Of a stretch of 64,000 nucleotides of DNA, positions 12,228-21,722 are shown piece by piece (position 1 is the stretch's first letter; each line of letters starts with the position of its first letter). The notes under the pieces were generated by a model. That model saw only the letters and a program-made list of their open reading frames with translations, did not search any database and was not told the origin of the DNA. The stretch spans positions 512,001-576,000 of the forward strand of contig JAWLHY010000003.1 of assembly GCA_041690135.1 (NCBI GenBank), read 5' to 3'. The stretch is from Armatimonadota bacterium. Lineage in GTDB: Bacteria; Armatimonadota; SYMT01. The position numbers and the translations under genes were made by a program.

Positions 12228-14735
12228 ATGCGCCCCGGCAAGCGAGGTAAGTTTCCACCTGAAGTCCGTCTCCCGGCGATGGTCTTCACCTGCGCCCTGG
12301 TGGGAGGGGGTCTGGCCCTATCGGCTTCCACGGCTGCCGCGCCCCCGCCAGCCCCCACCCGAGCCTTGAGTGATGTCTTTGTAGGGGGCGAGGGAGGCTA
12401 CCGGTTCTACCGCATCCCGGCGCTCGCTACGACTTCCCAGGGCACCCTGCTCGCCTTCTGCGAGGGCCGCAAGACCAGCGCGGCGGACCACGGCGACATC
12501 GACCTGGTGTTGAAGCGCAGCACGGATGGCGGCGTTACCTGGTCGGCGCTGCAGGTGGTCCACGAAGAGGGCGGGCACGACCCGATCACTATCGGCAACC
12601 CGTGCGTCATCGCTGCCCGGGACGGCGCCGTCCACCTCCTCCTCTGCCAGAACAACCGGCGGGCGTTCTACCTGAAGAGCGCGGACGACGGGCGCACCTT
12701 TTCTCCGCCGCGGGAGATCACGGAGACCTTCCGCGGTTTCCGCTTCCCCTGGACGCGCCTGGCGACCGGCCCCGGCCATGGCCTCCACTCTTCGGCGGGA
12801 AACCTGGTGGCGCCGGTCTGGCTGAATGACCGGATCGGGCAGAACTATCGCGCCGGCGTGATCGTGAGCGAGGATGGGGGGCAAACCTGGAAGGCCGGGG
12901 GACTGATCGAGGGCGGCGACGGAACGCTGAACGAGTGCACCATCGCGGAGACCTCGGGCGGGGTCCTCATCCTGAACGCTCGCAGCCGGACGCCCCACCG
13001 GACCACCGCCTGGAGCGAGGACGGGGGGCGAACCTGGGCGCGGGTGCGGAAGGAGACGCAGCCGGCCACCATCTGCCAGGGCAGTCTGCTCCACCTACCG
13101 GGCGACACCGGCCGCGGCCTCTTCACCCTTCCCGGTGGGCCGGACCGGCGGAACGTGACGCTCTGGTCCGACACGCCGAACGGGGTGGGATGGATACCCC
13201 AGCGTCTCCTCCACCTCGGGCCGGGGGGCTATTCCGACCTGGCGCTCCTGCCGGACGGCCGCGTGGCGTGCCTCTTCGAGCGTGGAGAAAAGCTGTATCA
13301 CGAACGGCTCTCCCTGGCGGTCTTCGACGTCCCGGCCGAAGTACGCCTCAAGCGGGAAAGCTTTGACCGGGATCCCGGCTGGGACGGTCGCAACCACCGT
13401 GCCCCAGGGGAGGCGCGGGAGTTGCGGCAGGACTTCGGTTACAGCACGACCTCGCACGCGGGTGGCGGGAAAGGGGAGGTGGGCGGTTTCATCACCCCGG
13501 CCGGAGAACCCGCCTACTACGGGAAGCCGATTGCGCCGCTGACCTTTAAGCAGCCCTTCTCCGCCTCCGGTCGGTTGGCCGTAGACGAAGGGGCGGGGAA
13601 CACCCTGCTCGGGTTCTTCAATGCCGGGACCACCAACGAGTGGCGGACCCCCAGTACCCTCATCTTCCGCATCAACGGGCGAGGCGCCGGCTTTCATCCC
13701 CACGTCGAGTACTGCACCGCGAAGTGGCGTGCCGGCGGCTATTTCTATGCGGTGAAGAACCCGGAGACCGGCAGGAACGACGTGCGCGAGTTCCCGAGCG
13801 GGCAGCGAGTCTACGCCTGGTCGCTGGCCTACGATCCGACCGGTGCGGAAGGCCGGGGGCGGATCACCGCGACATTGAACGGTGAGACGCTCCACCTCGA
13901 CCTGGACCCGGGTCACCAGGCCGACGGCGCGACCTTCAACCGGTTCGGAGTTCTGAACGTGAACAAGAGTGCGGATAGCGGCGGTTCGCTCTGGATCGAT
14001 GACCTGGTGCTGAACGGCACTCGCGAGTCATTCGACCGGGACCCCGGCTGGGAGGGCCACCGGAACCGCCTCGTCTACCGCACCCGGAACATCCGGCCGG
14101 TGTTCGATTTCGGCTTTAGCCCCACGCACCATGCCGGTGGTAAGGCCGAGGGAGAGCTCGGCGGGCTGATCTTCCGTGGCGACGAGCGCTACCCCGAGCG
14201 GATGGCCTACTATGGCGACCGGACGGGCGACCTGAGCCTGGAGCAGCCGCTGAAGGCCTCCGGCAAGATCACCCTGCGCCGCGGCGTGACGGACAGCACC
14301 GTCCTCTTCGGCTTCTTCCACTCCCAGGGGAGTATGCAGCCGAGCCAGGCACAACGCTCCGGCTTCCCTGAGAACTTCCTGGGCGCTGCGGTCGAGGGAC
14401 CCAGCAGCGAGGGATTCTACCTGTATCCCGCTTACGGCGTGGACCGCGACTCTGAATATCGCGATGGGGTCCACAGCCGTGCCGAGGGTTCCGTGCTGCC
14501 CCGGATCTATCCGGACGGCGCTACCCACGACTGGTCCCTGGAGTACGTGCCGGCCCCAGACGGCGGCGGCCGGATTACCGTCACTCTCGACGGCGCCCGC
14601 ACCTACCTGGAGCTCACCCCCGAACACCGCAAAATTGGCGCGAAGTTCGACCGCTTCGGCATTGTCACCACCCATATCGACGGCAACGGCCAGCAGGTCT
14701 ACTGGGACGACCTGGTCTACACGGTGCGGAAATAG
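12228..14735 (+). CDS. GH33 sialidase-family protein fused to a duplicated C-terminal domain of unknown function
   Basis: YRIP motif; Asp-boxes STDGGVTW, SADDGRTF, SEDGGQTW and SEDGGRTW; ECTIAE; GYSDL nucleophile; two RESFDRDPGW repeats follow. Start may be ATG 12279. Confidence 0.85.
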   Translation: MRPGKRGKFPPEVRLPAMVFTCALVGGGLALSASTAAAPPPAPTRALSDVFVGGEGGYRFYRIPALATTSQGTLLAFCEGRKTSAADHGDIDLVLKRSTDGGVTWSALQVVHEEGGHDPITIGNPCVIAARDGAVHLLLCQNNRRAFYLKSADDGRTFSPPREITETFRGFRFPWTRLATGPGHGLHSSAGNLVAPVWLNDRIGQNYRAGVIVSEDGGQTWKAGGLIEGGDGTLNECTIAETSGGVLILNARSRTPHRTTAWSEDGGRTWARVRKETQPATICQGSLLHLPGDTGRGLFTLPGGPDRRNVTLWSDTPNGVGWIPQRLLHLGPGGYSDLALLPDGRVACLFERGEKLYHERLSLAVFDVPAEVRLKRESFDRDPGWDGRNHRAPGEARELRQDFGYSTTSHAGGGKGEVGGFITPAGEPAYYGKPIAPLTFKQPFSASGRLAVDEGAGNTLLGFFNAGTTNEWRTPSTLIFRINGRGAGFHPHVEYCTAKWRAGGYFYAVKNPETGRNDVREFPSGQRVYAWSLAYDPTGAEGRGRITATLNGETLHLDLDPGHQADGATFNRFGVLNVNKSADSGGSLWIDDLVLNGTRESFDRDPGWEGHRNRLVYRTRNIRPVFDFGFSPTHHAGGKAEGELGGLIFRGDERYPERMAYYGDRTGDLSLEQPLKASGKITLRRGVTDSTVLFGFFHSQGSMQPSQAQRSGFPENFLGAAVEGPSSEGFYLYPAYGVDRDSEYRDGVHSRAEGSVLPRIYPDGATHDWSLEYVPAPDGGGRITVTLDGARTYLELTPEHRKIGAKFDRFGIVTTHIDGNGQQVYWDDLVYTVRK

Positions 14736-15865
14736 TGGGACGACGCACCCGAGAACTGATATTGGCGGCGGTCCTCATCGGCGGCCTCGGCTGGGGCGTG
14801 TATGCCCCGGTGTATCAAGCCTTCGTCCTGACCCCCGCCATGGCCCGCGCCGTGAAAAAGATGGATTCTGCGGCGATTCGCCGGCTTGCGCTCGACGGTG
14901 CTGACGTAAACCTAGCGGCCGGTGCACGAAACGGCGGTTACCCGCTCAATAGCCCGCTGCGTATTGCCGTGGGAGTGGGGGATGCGGCGACGCTTCGGGT
15001 GCTGATCGAGCGAGGAGCCGACATTCACCGGCTAGCAGAGGGCGAGCCCCCGCTGCTCATTCATGCCGCCGCCACCGGTATTCCGGAAACCGTTGAGATC
15101 CTCCTGAACGCAGGCGCCGACGTCAAGGCGCTAGACGTCGGCGGGGGAACGGCCTTGACCGCGGCCGTCGATGCTGCCTATGCGGTGGGGAAAGAGCAAA
15201 GCATCCGGCTGGTGGAGTTGCTACTTCGGCGCGGGGCGGATCCACACGTTATTCCAGAGGATGACTTCACGGCCCTGGCGCGTGCGGAAGAAGGGGGGCA
15301 TGCGGCGATTGCCCGGATTCTCCGAGCGACGGGTAGCCCCGACAGAGACGAGTGTCTCGACCGGATCGCCGCCAAGGGGCCTCTTTATGCGGTCCGCAGC
15401 GGCAAGTTCGGTGCGGTAAAGCGTCTGGTACGTAAGGGCGTCTCCTTCCGGGTGCGAGATGAAGAGGGAACTACCTTGACTGCGGCGGCCAAGGATTGGG
15501 CCGGATCATTGCTCCCCTATCTCCTGAAACACGCCCGGGGAATCGATCGTGCCTTTCTCAATGAACACGAGGGGCGAGGCTTTGGGGATACGCCGCTCAC
15601 CGCGACCGCCCGGCGGGGTTGCCTGCAGTACGTCAAAGTTCTCCTGGCGGCCGGGGCCGACCCGAACCTGCCGAACGCGTGGGGCCATACAGCGCTTCAC
15701 CGCGTGGCGATGATAGGGGATTTGGCGATTGCCCGCCAGTTGCTCGCGTCCCGTGCCGAGGTCAATGTAAGAGACGAGCAGGGACGCACCCCGCTTCACT
15801 GGGCTATTCAAGCCCGCCATCGGCCGATGGAGAAACTTCTGCGCGCCGCTGGCGCCGCGGATTGA
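14735..15865 (+). CDS. Membrane-anchored ankyrin-repeat protein
   Basis: N-terminal hydrophobic helix; repeated GADVN, TALT, TPLH motifs; GTG start overlaps the sialidase stop. Confidence 0.9.
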   Translation: MGRRTRELILAAVLIGGLGWGVYAPVYQAFVLTPAMARAVKKMDSAAIRRLALDGADVNLAAGARNGGYPLNSPLRIAVGVGDAATLRVLIERGADIHRLAEGEPPLLIHAAATGIPETVEILLNAGADVKALDVGGGTALTAAVDAAYAVGKEQSIRLVELLLRRGADPHVIPEDDFTALARAEEGGHAAIARILRATGSPDRDECLDRIAAKGPLYAVRSGKFGAVKRLVRKGVSFRVRDEEGTTLTAAAKDWAGSLLPYLLKHARGIDRAFLNEHEGRGFGDTPLTATARRGCLQYVKVLLAAGADPNLPNAWGHTALHRVAMIGDLAIARQLLASRAEVNVRDEQGRTPLHWAIQARHRPMEKLLRAAGAAD

Positions 15866-15890
15866 TGGGCTGAACGCCCAATGCCCCCTC

Positions 15891-15919
15891 TGGCATTAAC
15901 TCCCCCAATGTGATACAGT
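15891..15919 (+). promoter_or_regulatory. Putative sigma70 promoter of the helicase gene
   Basis: TGGCAT-17bp-TACAGT with an extended -10 TG. Confidence 0.5.
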
Positions 15920-16339
15920 AGGGGCGTCAGTTTCAGAATTGAGTTCGTAGAGCATTAACGTTCCGGAAGCCAACGCCTGCCGCTGCCGTTTCCACGCAGC
16001 CGGGCTCCCCCCGATTGCCTTCTGCAGCCTCACCGCCTCGGACCCCCTTTCTGTTCCTGCCCCCAGCGGCGGGGGATGGACGCCGCCCCTAGACACCGGT
16101 GCTTGTCCGGTGCGACCCACTTCCCGAACGGTCCCAAGGACCGGGAGGAGTGGGAGAATGGAAGCCCGCGCGAGATGTGCCGGGAGTCCATGCAGGGCGA
16201 AGGAAAGTGGGATCGCACCCGGACGCGGGCATTGTCTCGTCCTGCGTTTCCCCCTTGTGCTTCGCCTCGCCGTTCTCCCGTTCTCCAGATCCGGAAGCGC
16301 GGACCCGCATCGCGAGCGCCGCGAGAGTAGAACGAGAAC
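15920..16339 (+). ncRNA. Candidate ~420-nt structured 5' leader of the DEAD-box helicase
   Basis: No credible ORF; multiple stems visible (GCGGCG/CGCCGC, CACCGG/CCGGTG, CCCACT/AGTGGG, GGCGAAG/CTTCGCC, GGGAGAA/TTCTCCC). Confidence 0.4.
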
Positions 16340-17815
16340 ATGTCCTTTACAGAACTGGGTCTCCACCCGTCCTTGCTGCGGGCGGTGGAAGACCTCGGCT
16401 TCGTCAAGCCGACCCCGATCCAGAGCAGCGCCATTCCCGCGGGCCTCGAAGGCCGCGACCTTCTGGGCTGCGCGGAGACCGGCAACGGTAAGACGGCCGC
16501 TTTCCTGCTGCCGATCCTGCAGCGGCTGATCGGCAAGCCGCGCGGCAAGACCCGCGCGCTGATCCTGGCGCCGACCCGCGAGTTGGCGGCCCAGATCGAA
16601 GAGCACCTGCAGTGGTTGGCTAAACATACCCCCATCAAGGGCGCGGCCGTATTCGGCGGCGTCGGCATGGGGCCGCAGGTCGAGGCGTTCCGGCGCGGCG
16701 TCGACGTGATCGTCGCCACTCCCGGCCGCCTGCTGGACCACTTCCAGCACCCGTATGCGAACCTGGACGGGCTGGAAGTCCTCGTCCTGGACGAGGCGGA
16801 CCGCATGCTCGACATGGGCTTCCTTCCGGATATCCGCAAGGTGCTGCGTCACCTGCCGAAGGAGCGCCAGACGATGCTCTTCTCGGCTACCATGCCGGCG
16901 CCGATCGTGGAACTCTCTCGGGAAATGCTGCACGATCCGGCCCGCCTGAACGTGGAACGCAAGGCGAAGGCCGCCGCGGGAATCTCCCACGGCGCCTATC
17001 CGGTGGCGCAGACGCTCAAGTCGCCGCTGCTGCTGCACCTGCTGCAGAGCCATGAGATGGAGAGCGTCGTCGTCTTCACCCGTACGAAGCACCGGGCGAA
17101 CCGGTTGGCGGACTACCTGGAGAAGCATGGCATCTCTGCCGCGCGGATCCACGGCAACCGCAGCCAGGCGCAGCGGACCGCCGCCCTCGGCGGGTTCAAG
17201 AAGGGCGAGTTCCGGGTCCTGGTGGCCACGGACATCGCCGCCCGCGGGATCGACGTGGAAGCGCTGAGCCACGTGGTGAACTTCGACGTGCCGCACGTGC
17301 CGGAGGATTACATCCACCGCTCGGGCCGCACCGCCCGCGCCGAGGCGACCGGGGATGCCTTCACCTTCGTGTCGCCCGACGAAGAGGCGGACTTCCGCCA
17401 GATCGAGAAGGCGCTGGGGATGAAGATCAACCGCCTGCAGGCGCAGGGGTTCGATTACAACAAAGTCCAGGAAGAGCAGCCGGAGCGTCCGCTGGGCGAG
17501 CGGATCGCCGAAATCCGCGCCCGCAAGGCGGAAGAGCGCGCCCGTGCCGCGGAAAAGGCCGCTCGCAAAGCCGCCCGTCAGGCCGATGAGGCCGCCGGGG
17601 TAGCCGCGAAGGCCGCCGCGCCCCGGCGTGCGGGACAGGGCGGCGGTCCGAATGGACCGAAGCCGGGTCCTCGTCCCGGACCCCAGCCCGCCGGCCGTCC
17701 GGCTAAGCCGGTGGCTCGCCCCGCCCACGAGGGCCGAGGCAGTGCCGCGCCCGCCCCGCGCCCCGCGGTGCAGACGGGCCCGCCGCCCCGGTTCCGCCCG
17801 GTACGCGGGAACTAA
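16340..17815 (+). CDS. rhlE: DEAD-box RNA helicase, RhlE-like
   Basis: Q motif, AETGNGKT, PTRELA, TPGRL, DEAD, SAT, ARGID, HRSGRTAR; basic Pro/Arg-rich tail. Confidence 0.92.
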   Translation: MSFTELGLHPSLLRAVEDLGFVKPTPIQSSAIPAGLEGRDLLGCAETGNGKTAAFLLPILQRLIGKPRGKTRALILAPTRELAAQIEEHLQWLAKHTPIKGAAVFGGVGMGPQVEAFRRGVDVIVATPGRLLDHFQHPYANLDGLEVLVLDEADRMLDMGFLPDIRKVLRHLPKERQTMLFSATMPAPIVELSREMLHDPARLNVERKAKAAAGISHGAYPVAQTLKSPLLLHLLQSHEMESVVVFTRTKHRANRLADYLEKHGISAARIHGNRSQAQRTAALGGFKKGEFRVLVATDIAARGIDVEALSHVVNFDVPHVPEDYIHRSGRTARAEATGDAFTFVSPDEEADFRQIEKALGMKINRLQAQGFDYNKVQEEQPERPLGERIAEIRARKAEERARAAEKAARKAARQADEAAGVAAKAAAPRRAGQGGGPNGPKPGPRPGPQPAGRPAKPVARPAHEGRGSAAPAPRPAVQTGPPPRFRPVRGN

Positions 17816-17841
17816 CTTGTCCTCCCGGGCATTCCCATCCG

Positions 17842-17878
17842 AACCGGCCCGTTCCTAGCGAACGGGCCGGTTTTCTTT
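17842..17878 (+). terminator. Rho-independent terminator
   Basis: AACCGGCCCGTTC-CTAGC-GAACGGGCCGGTT stem followed by TTCTTT, just after the helicase stop. Confidence 0.85.
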
Positions 17879-17889
17879 ATGTAAAGGCA

Positions 17890-18765
17890 CGCTCCGCCCC
17901 TGAACGGGCAGGTTCTCGGAATGCACAGCGCCCGGGCACCCGTCCGGGCGCAACCTTCCGTGGCCGCTCGTTGGGTACGCAGGGCGGCGATTCGAATTTC
18001 GGGATAGGCCGGAGTGCGTAGTTCAGCAAGTAGACCCGATTGAAACCCGGAAGCGTAAGACGTGCCCGCGCAGGTTTACGCCCCGAGGGGGTGCGGGGAC
18101 GGTGCCGTAACAGAGCCCAGGGGTTCAGCCCAGGGCGGGTCCCGGTGCGTGAGTTTACGCCGGGGTATCCGCGAGCGGGTGTGAGGTGCGGTGACGGTAC
18201 CGTACCGGAAGTCCGGGTATTTATCCCGAGGCGAATCCCGGCACGCGACACGCCCCGGCCCTAAACGGCCGGGCTCGGGAAATGCACGGCGCCCACACCC
18301 CCTCGGGGCGTAAACCTCCGTGGGCGCCCGGCACGCCCACGTTGCGACGGCTGGGATTTCAACTGCGCGTTGGCTCGCATCCAGGTCTCACACATTCCAG
18401 CGTGCGTACCACGTGCCCGCGCAGGTTTATGCCCCGAGGGGGTGCGGGGACGGTGCCGTTCCGGAGCGCAGGGGTTCAGCCCTGCGCGGGTCCGGGTGTA
18501 CGGTACGCCCCGGCCCTGAACGGCCGGGCTCTGGAAAAGCACGGCGCCCACACCCCCTCGGGGCGCAAGCCTCCGTGGGCGCCCGGTTGGGGCGCAGGAC
18601 GGCGGATCGGAGCCCAGGACAAGCCAGAGTGCGTGGGTTCAGCAGACGGACCCAGTTGAAACCCGGGAGCGTAGGATGTGCCCGCGGCGGTTTACGCCCC
18701 GAGGGGGTGCGGGGACGGTGCTGTAACAGAGCGCAGGGGTTCAGCCCTGCGCGGGTCCCGGTGCG
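17890..18765. repeat. BIME/REPIN-like cluster: six copies of a ~77-bp palindromic element in alternating orientation
   Basis: Core GGTTTACGCCCCGAGGGGGTGC at ~18072, ~18424 and ~18689; reverse-complement copies at ~17890 (degenerate), ~18250 and ~18505. Confidence 0.85.
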
Positions 18766-18876
18766 GTCACAGCTAATCGGTGTGCGAACGGAGTATCCGC
18801 ACTGATCAGCGTCGAAATCACGTGTGTACGCTCGACGTCGATGCGTGAGACTTGCGGCGGAAGGCCCCAAACCCCG

Positions 18877-20568
18877 ATGGATCTGACGGAACTCACCTGG
18901 ACCACCCGCGAAGGGGTGGCGGATCAACTGCTGGCCTTCCTTCAGGGCACGCCGCCCGGCCCAGAGCCGGAACCCGGCCGCGAGTATCAGGAGACACTCC
19001 GCGCGCGGGCGGCGGATCTCCTGTCGATAGTGGCGACCGATTCCCACTGGGACGGCCTGCGCGGTCTCGCCCTGGATCCGGCAGAGGAACCGGAGGTCCG
19101 CCGGCAAGCCATCCAGGCCCTCGGCGACCTCTCCGACGAGCTTTCGGGGGACGACCTGGGGGCACTGCTCGCGGACGAAGCCCTGTGTGAGGATAATGAT
19201 CCGCTGTTTGGCAAGGCGGATCTGCTCCGGCTGGCGCGTGGCGCCGAAACGCAAGTAGTCGCGGCAGAGCACCTCCAGGGCCTCGAACCGGCCGATCGGA
19301 CCAAACTGCTGAACGAACTTCCGCTGGAAGGTATCGGTGAATGGCTGTATCGGCAATGGCTAGAACACGACCGTCATGTCCTCGCAAGCGAGACAGGACC
19401 GGAGTCCCCAAACCGCTGGGTCATCCGGAGGACCCGCGAGCGGCCGGAGTCGCGCCGGCTGCTGCAGGAGTTGTGGCGTCAGGCCACCGGTGCCGAGCGA
19501 GCCGAACTGCTCGACGAGCTCTACGACGAAGACCAGGTGTGGAGCTTTCCGGACTTGCTGACTCCCGCCGAGCGCGAGGAGTTAGTGGAGGCCCTGGCGC
19601 TACCGGCGGAGGAGTTGGCCGCCCATCTCGGCCGCGGTGGTCTAATACAGGCATTGGAACGGATCCTCTTCCGGGAGGACCAGCGGTTGGTAACCGCCCC
19701 GCCGCGCGAGGCGGGAGTCATCTCCACGGAAGCCCTCCACCGGCTCCGGCCGCTCAAGCACTGGCATGAGCCGGAAGTCGACCCGTGGCTGTCCGGTCAT
19801 TTCATGGACGCTCGCCTTCACTCACAACTTCGGTTTTGGCTTTTCGTCTTTCTCTGGTTTCGCAATCGCTCGCTTTCCGCGTCGACTCTGGCCACAGTTC
19901 TCCGGACCCGGGATTATGAGTTAGCGCGAACGTTCCTACCCTGGGTGGCCAGGGACCCCGAGGCTGGAGACGCCGATCTCCTGAGGGAGGCGTTCCGACC
20001 GGAGCATCCCCAGATGCTCCGCTACTACGGACTGTGCGGCCTCGACCGCCTCGGAGAAGACAGCCCGGGCTGGCGGGAAATGCTGGGGGGACTGGCTCGG
20101 GACGAGAGCCTGAAGGTGTGGCTGTCGCGCCGTGCCCTGGGAGCGCTGGCCCGACTTGGCGACGTGGACGCCCGGGACCGTCTGACCCGATTTGCGGTGG
20201 AGGAACCAGACCTTCGCGTCCGCGCCGAAGCGCTGAGGTTACTTGGCGAGGTGGCCCCGGAGACGGCACACCCACTGATGGTGACAGCACTCCAGAACCG
20301 GGGTCCGGAGTACGAGCCGCCCGAGGTCAGGTGGCCATGCACTCCTCTCGCGGAGGAGGCCGCTCTCTTCCTCGCTCACGACCCTTCTCCCACAGTGCGG
20401 ACTCTGCTGCTTCGCGCTTACGTCGAGGCTGGGACCCGCGGGCTCCAGGTTGCCCTGCGTGATTGGATCACCTCGGTGGTATCCCCATCGGGAGAAGAGG
20501 ATATAGAGGAGTGCTATCGGTATGCCGACTGGCGCGGGCTGGGCTCCTGGCACTGGCCCAGGGCCTGA
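18877..20568 (+). CDS. HEAT-repeat-like alpha-solenoid protein
   Basis: VRRQAIQALGDL, RRALGALARLGD and VRAEALRLLGEV repeats. Confidence 0.6.
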   Translation: MDLTELTWTTREGVADQLLAFLQGTPPGPEPEPGREYQETLRARAADLLSIVATDSHWDGLRGLALDPAEEPEVRRQAIQALGDLSDELSGDDLGALLADEALCEDNDPLFGKADLLRLARGAETQVVAAEHLQGLEPADRTKLLNELPLEGIGEWLYRQWLEHDRHVLASETGPESPNRWVIRRTRERPESRRLLQELWRQATGAERAELLDELYDEDQVWSFPDLLTPAEREELVEALALPAEELAAHLGRGGLIQALERILFREDQRLVTAPPREAGVISTEALHRLRPLKHWHEPEVDPWLSGHFMDARLHSQLRFWLFVFLWFRNRSLSASTLATVLRTRDYELARTFLPWVARDPEAGDADLLREAFRPEHPQMLRYYGLCGLDRLGEDSPGWREMLGGLARDESLKVWLSRRALGALARLGDVDARDRLTRFAVEEPDLRVRAEALRLLGEVAPETAHPLMVTALQNRGPEYEPPEVRWPCTPLAEEAALFLAHDPSPTVRTLLLRAYVEAGTRGLQVALRDWITSVVSPSGEEDIEECYRYADWRGLGSWHWPRA

Positions 20569-20954
20569 TCGGGGATGCCACGGTGAGGGGCTGGTGGGCC
20601 ATCTGCCTCACAGGTTCGAGTACGCTTGCGTAAGCGGAGACCCACACGGCAAGACGGGTACGAACCCAGGACCAGGCGGTGACGGAGCAACCCGCCCTAC
20701 ATCTTCATTGTGCAAGGACAGAGGCCAATGGGTGTACCAGGAGCTAGTTCTGTTGCGATGCAGAGCAGGCGCTGGCAATCAAAACTCGCGCAGCAAGCGA
20801 GCCATCAGGCGTTCCGAATCATGCAGGGACGTTGCCCAGCCGTCTCAAGCCGATCCTCCTTCCCATCTCGTCCATCCTGTTCCCCATTCCTCTTCTTTGC
20901 GTCCTCTGCGCTCTTCGCGACCTTTGCGTTAGCGCGGCCCGAGTCAGGAATGGA

Positions 20955-21722
20955 TTACCGCCTCCGGAACCCCTCCAGCAGCAGGGCACTAACATGCGCC
21001 GCTACTGCGTCGGCCTCCAGCGGGGCCTCTCCCCCTTCACGGTGGGAGGCGAAGCCGGCATTGAGGGTCAGCATGGAAAGGGCGGCCATGTGGGGGTCCA
21101 ACTCGCGGAACTCGCCGGTGGCGACGGCCTCGCGGAAGAACTCCACCAGCAGCTTCATCACGGGGCGGAAGCGCTCCCGGAGATCCACGTCTTCCAGTTC
21201 CGCCGTCATCTGGCTGCGCTGGACGACCCGCAGCAGGTCGGGGCGCTGCCACAGCAGCTCGACATGGCGCGCTACGAGCACTTTCAGGCGCTCGGCGTAG
21301 GTGCCGGGCGTCGAAAGCGCCTGTTCTACCACGGCCTGGAAGGCGCCCACCCCATCGTCGATCAGTGCCGTATAGACCGCTCGCTTGTCACTGAAGTAGT
21401 AGTAGAGGAGCGCCTTGTTCACCCCGGCGGCGTCGGTGATCTCCTGGACAGAGGTGGCGGCGTAGCCTTTCTCCGCAAAGAGCTTCTCGGCAGCGCGCAG
21501 CAACCGCTCGCGGGATTCGGGGGAGGGGCGGGTTCGGGGGGTCCTGGACAAGGCGGTCTCTCGAGGGGCCGGTTTTCGGGGGCTTGCGGGAAGGCCGAGC
21601 GCGGGACGCCTTTGTCGCCGGCGCCCGTCCTCCACGCTGATGTTCGCCGGGGGCCGGACCGATGCCTCTTCCGTTTCGGAAAGAGGCATCGGTCCGGTGA
21701 TCCGCCGTGGGGAACGGCTCAT
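20955..21722 (-). CDS. TetR/AcrR family regulator
   Basis: [43 protein letters not shown]; ATGA overlap with the RND gene stop. Confidence 0.9.
   Translation of the reverse strand: MSRSPRRITGPMPLSETEEASVRPPANISVEDGRRRQRRPALGLPASPRKPAPRETALSRTPRTRPSPESRERLLRAAEKLFAEKGYAATSVQEITDAAGVNKALLYYYFSDKRAVYTALIDDGVGAFQAVVEQALSTPGTYAERLKVLVARHVELLWQRPDLLRVVQRSQMTAELEDVDLRERFRPVMKLLVEFFREAVATGEFRELDPHMAALSMLTLNAGFASHREGGEAPLEADAVAAHVSALLLEGFRRR

Noticed and set aside
16470-16500. Helicase Walker A variant GNGKT as an inactivating change
   Set aside because: The GKT core and all other helicase motifs are intact; this position tolerates variation.
15896-17728. 610-aa minus-strand ORF
   Set aside because: Antisense shadow of the DEAD-box helicase.
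17890-18765. Repeat cluster as a CRISPR array, and the ORFs called across it
   Set aside because: Units are ~77 bp, alternate in orientation and have irregular spacing; the ORFs are translations of repeat DNA.
20569-20950. ORFs or an ncRNA between the HEAT and TetR genes
   Set aside because: No start signal, motif or convincing structure; only degenerate short repeats near 20860-20930.
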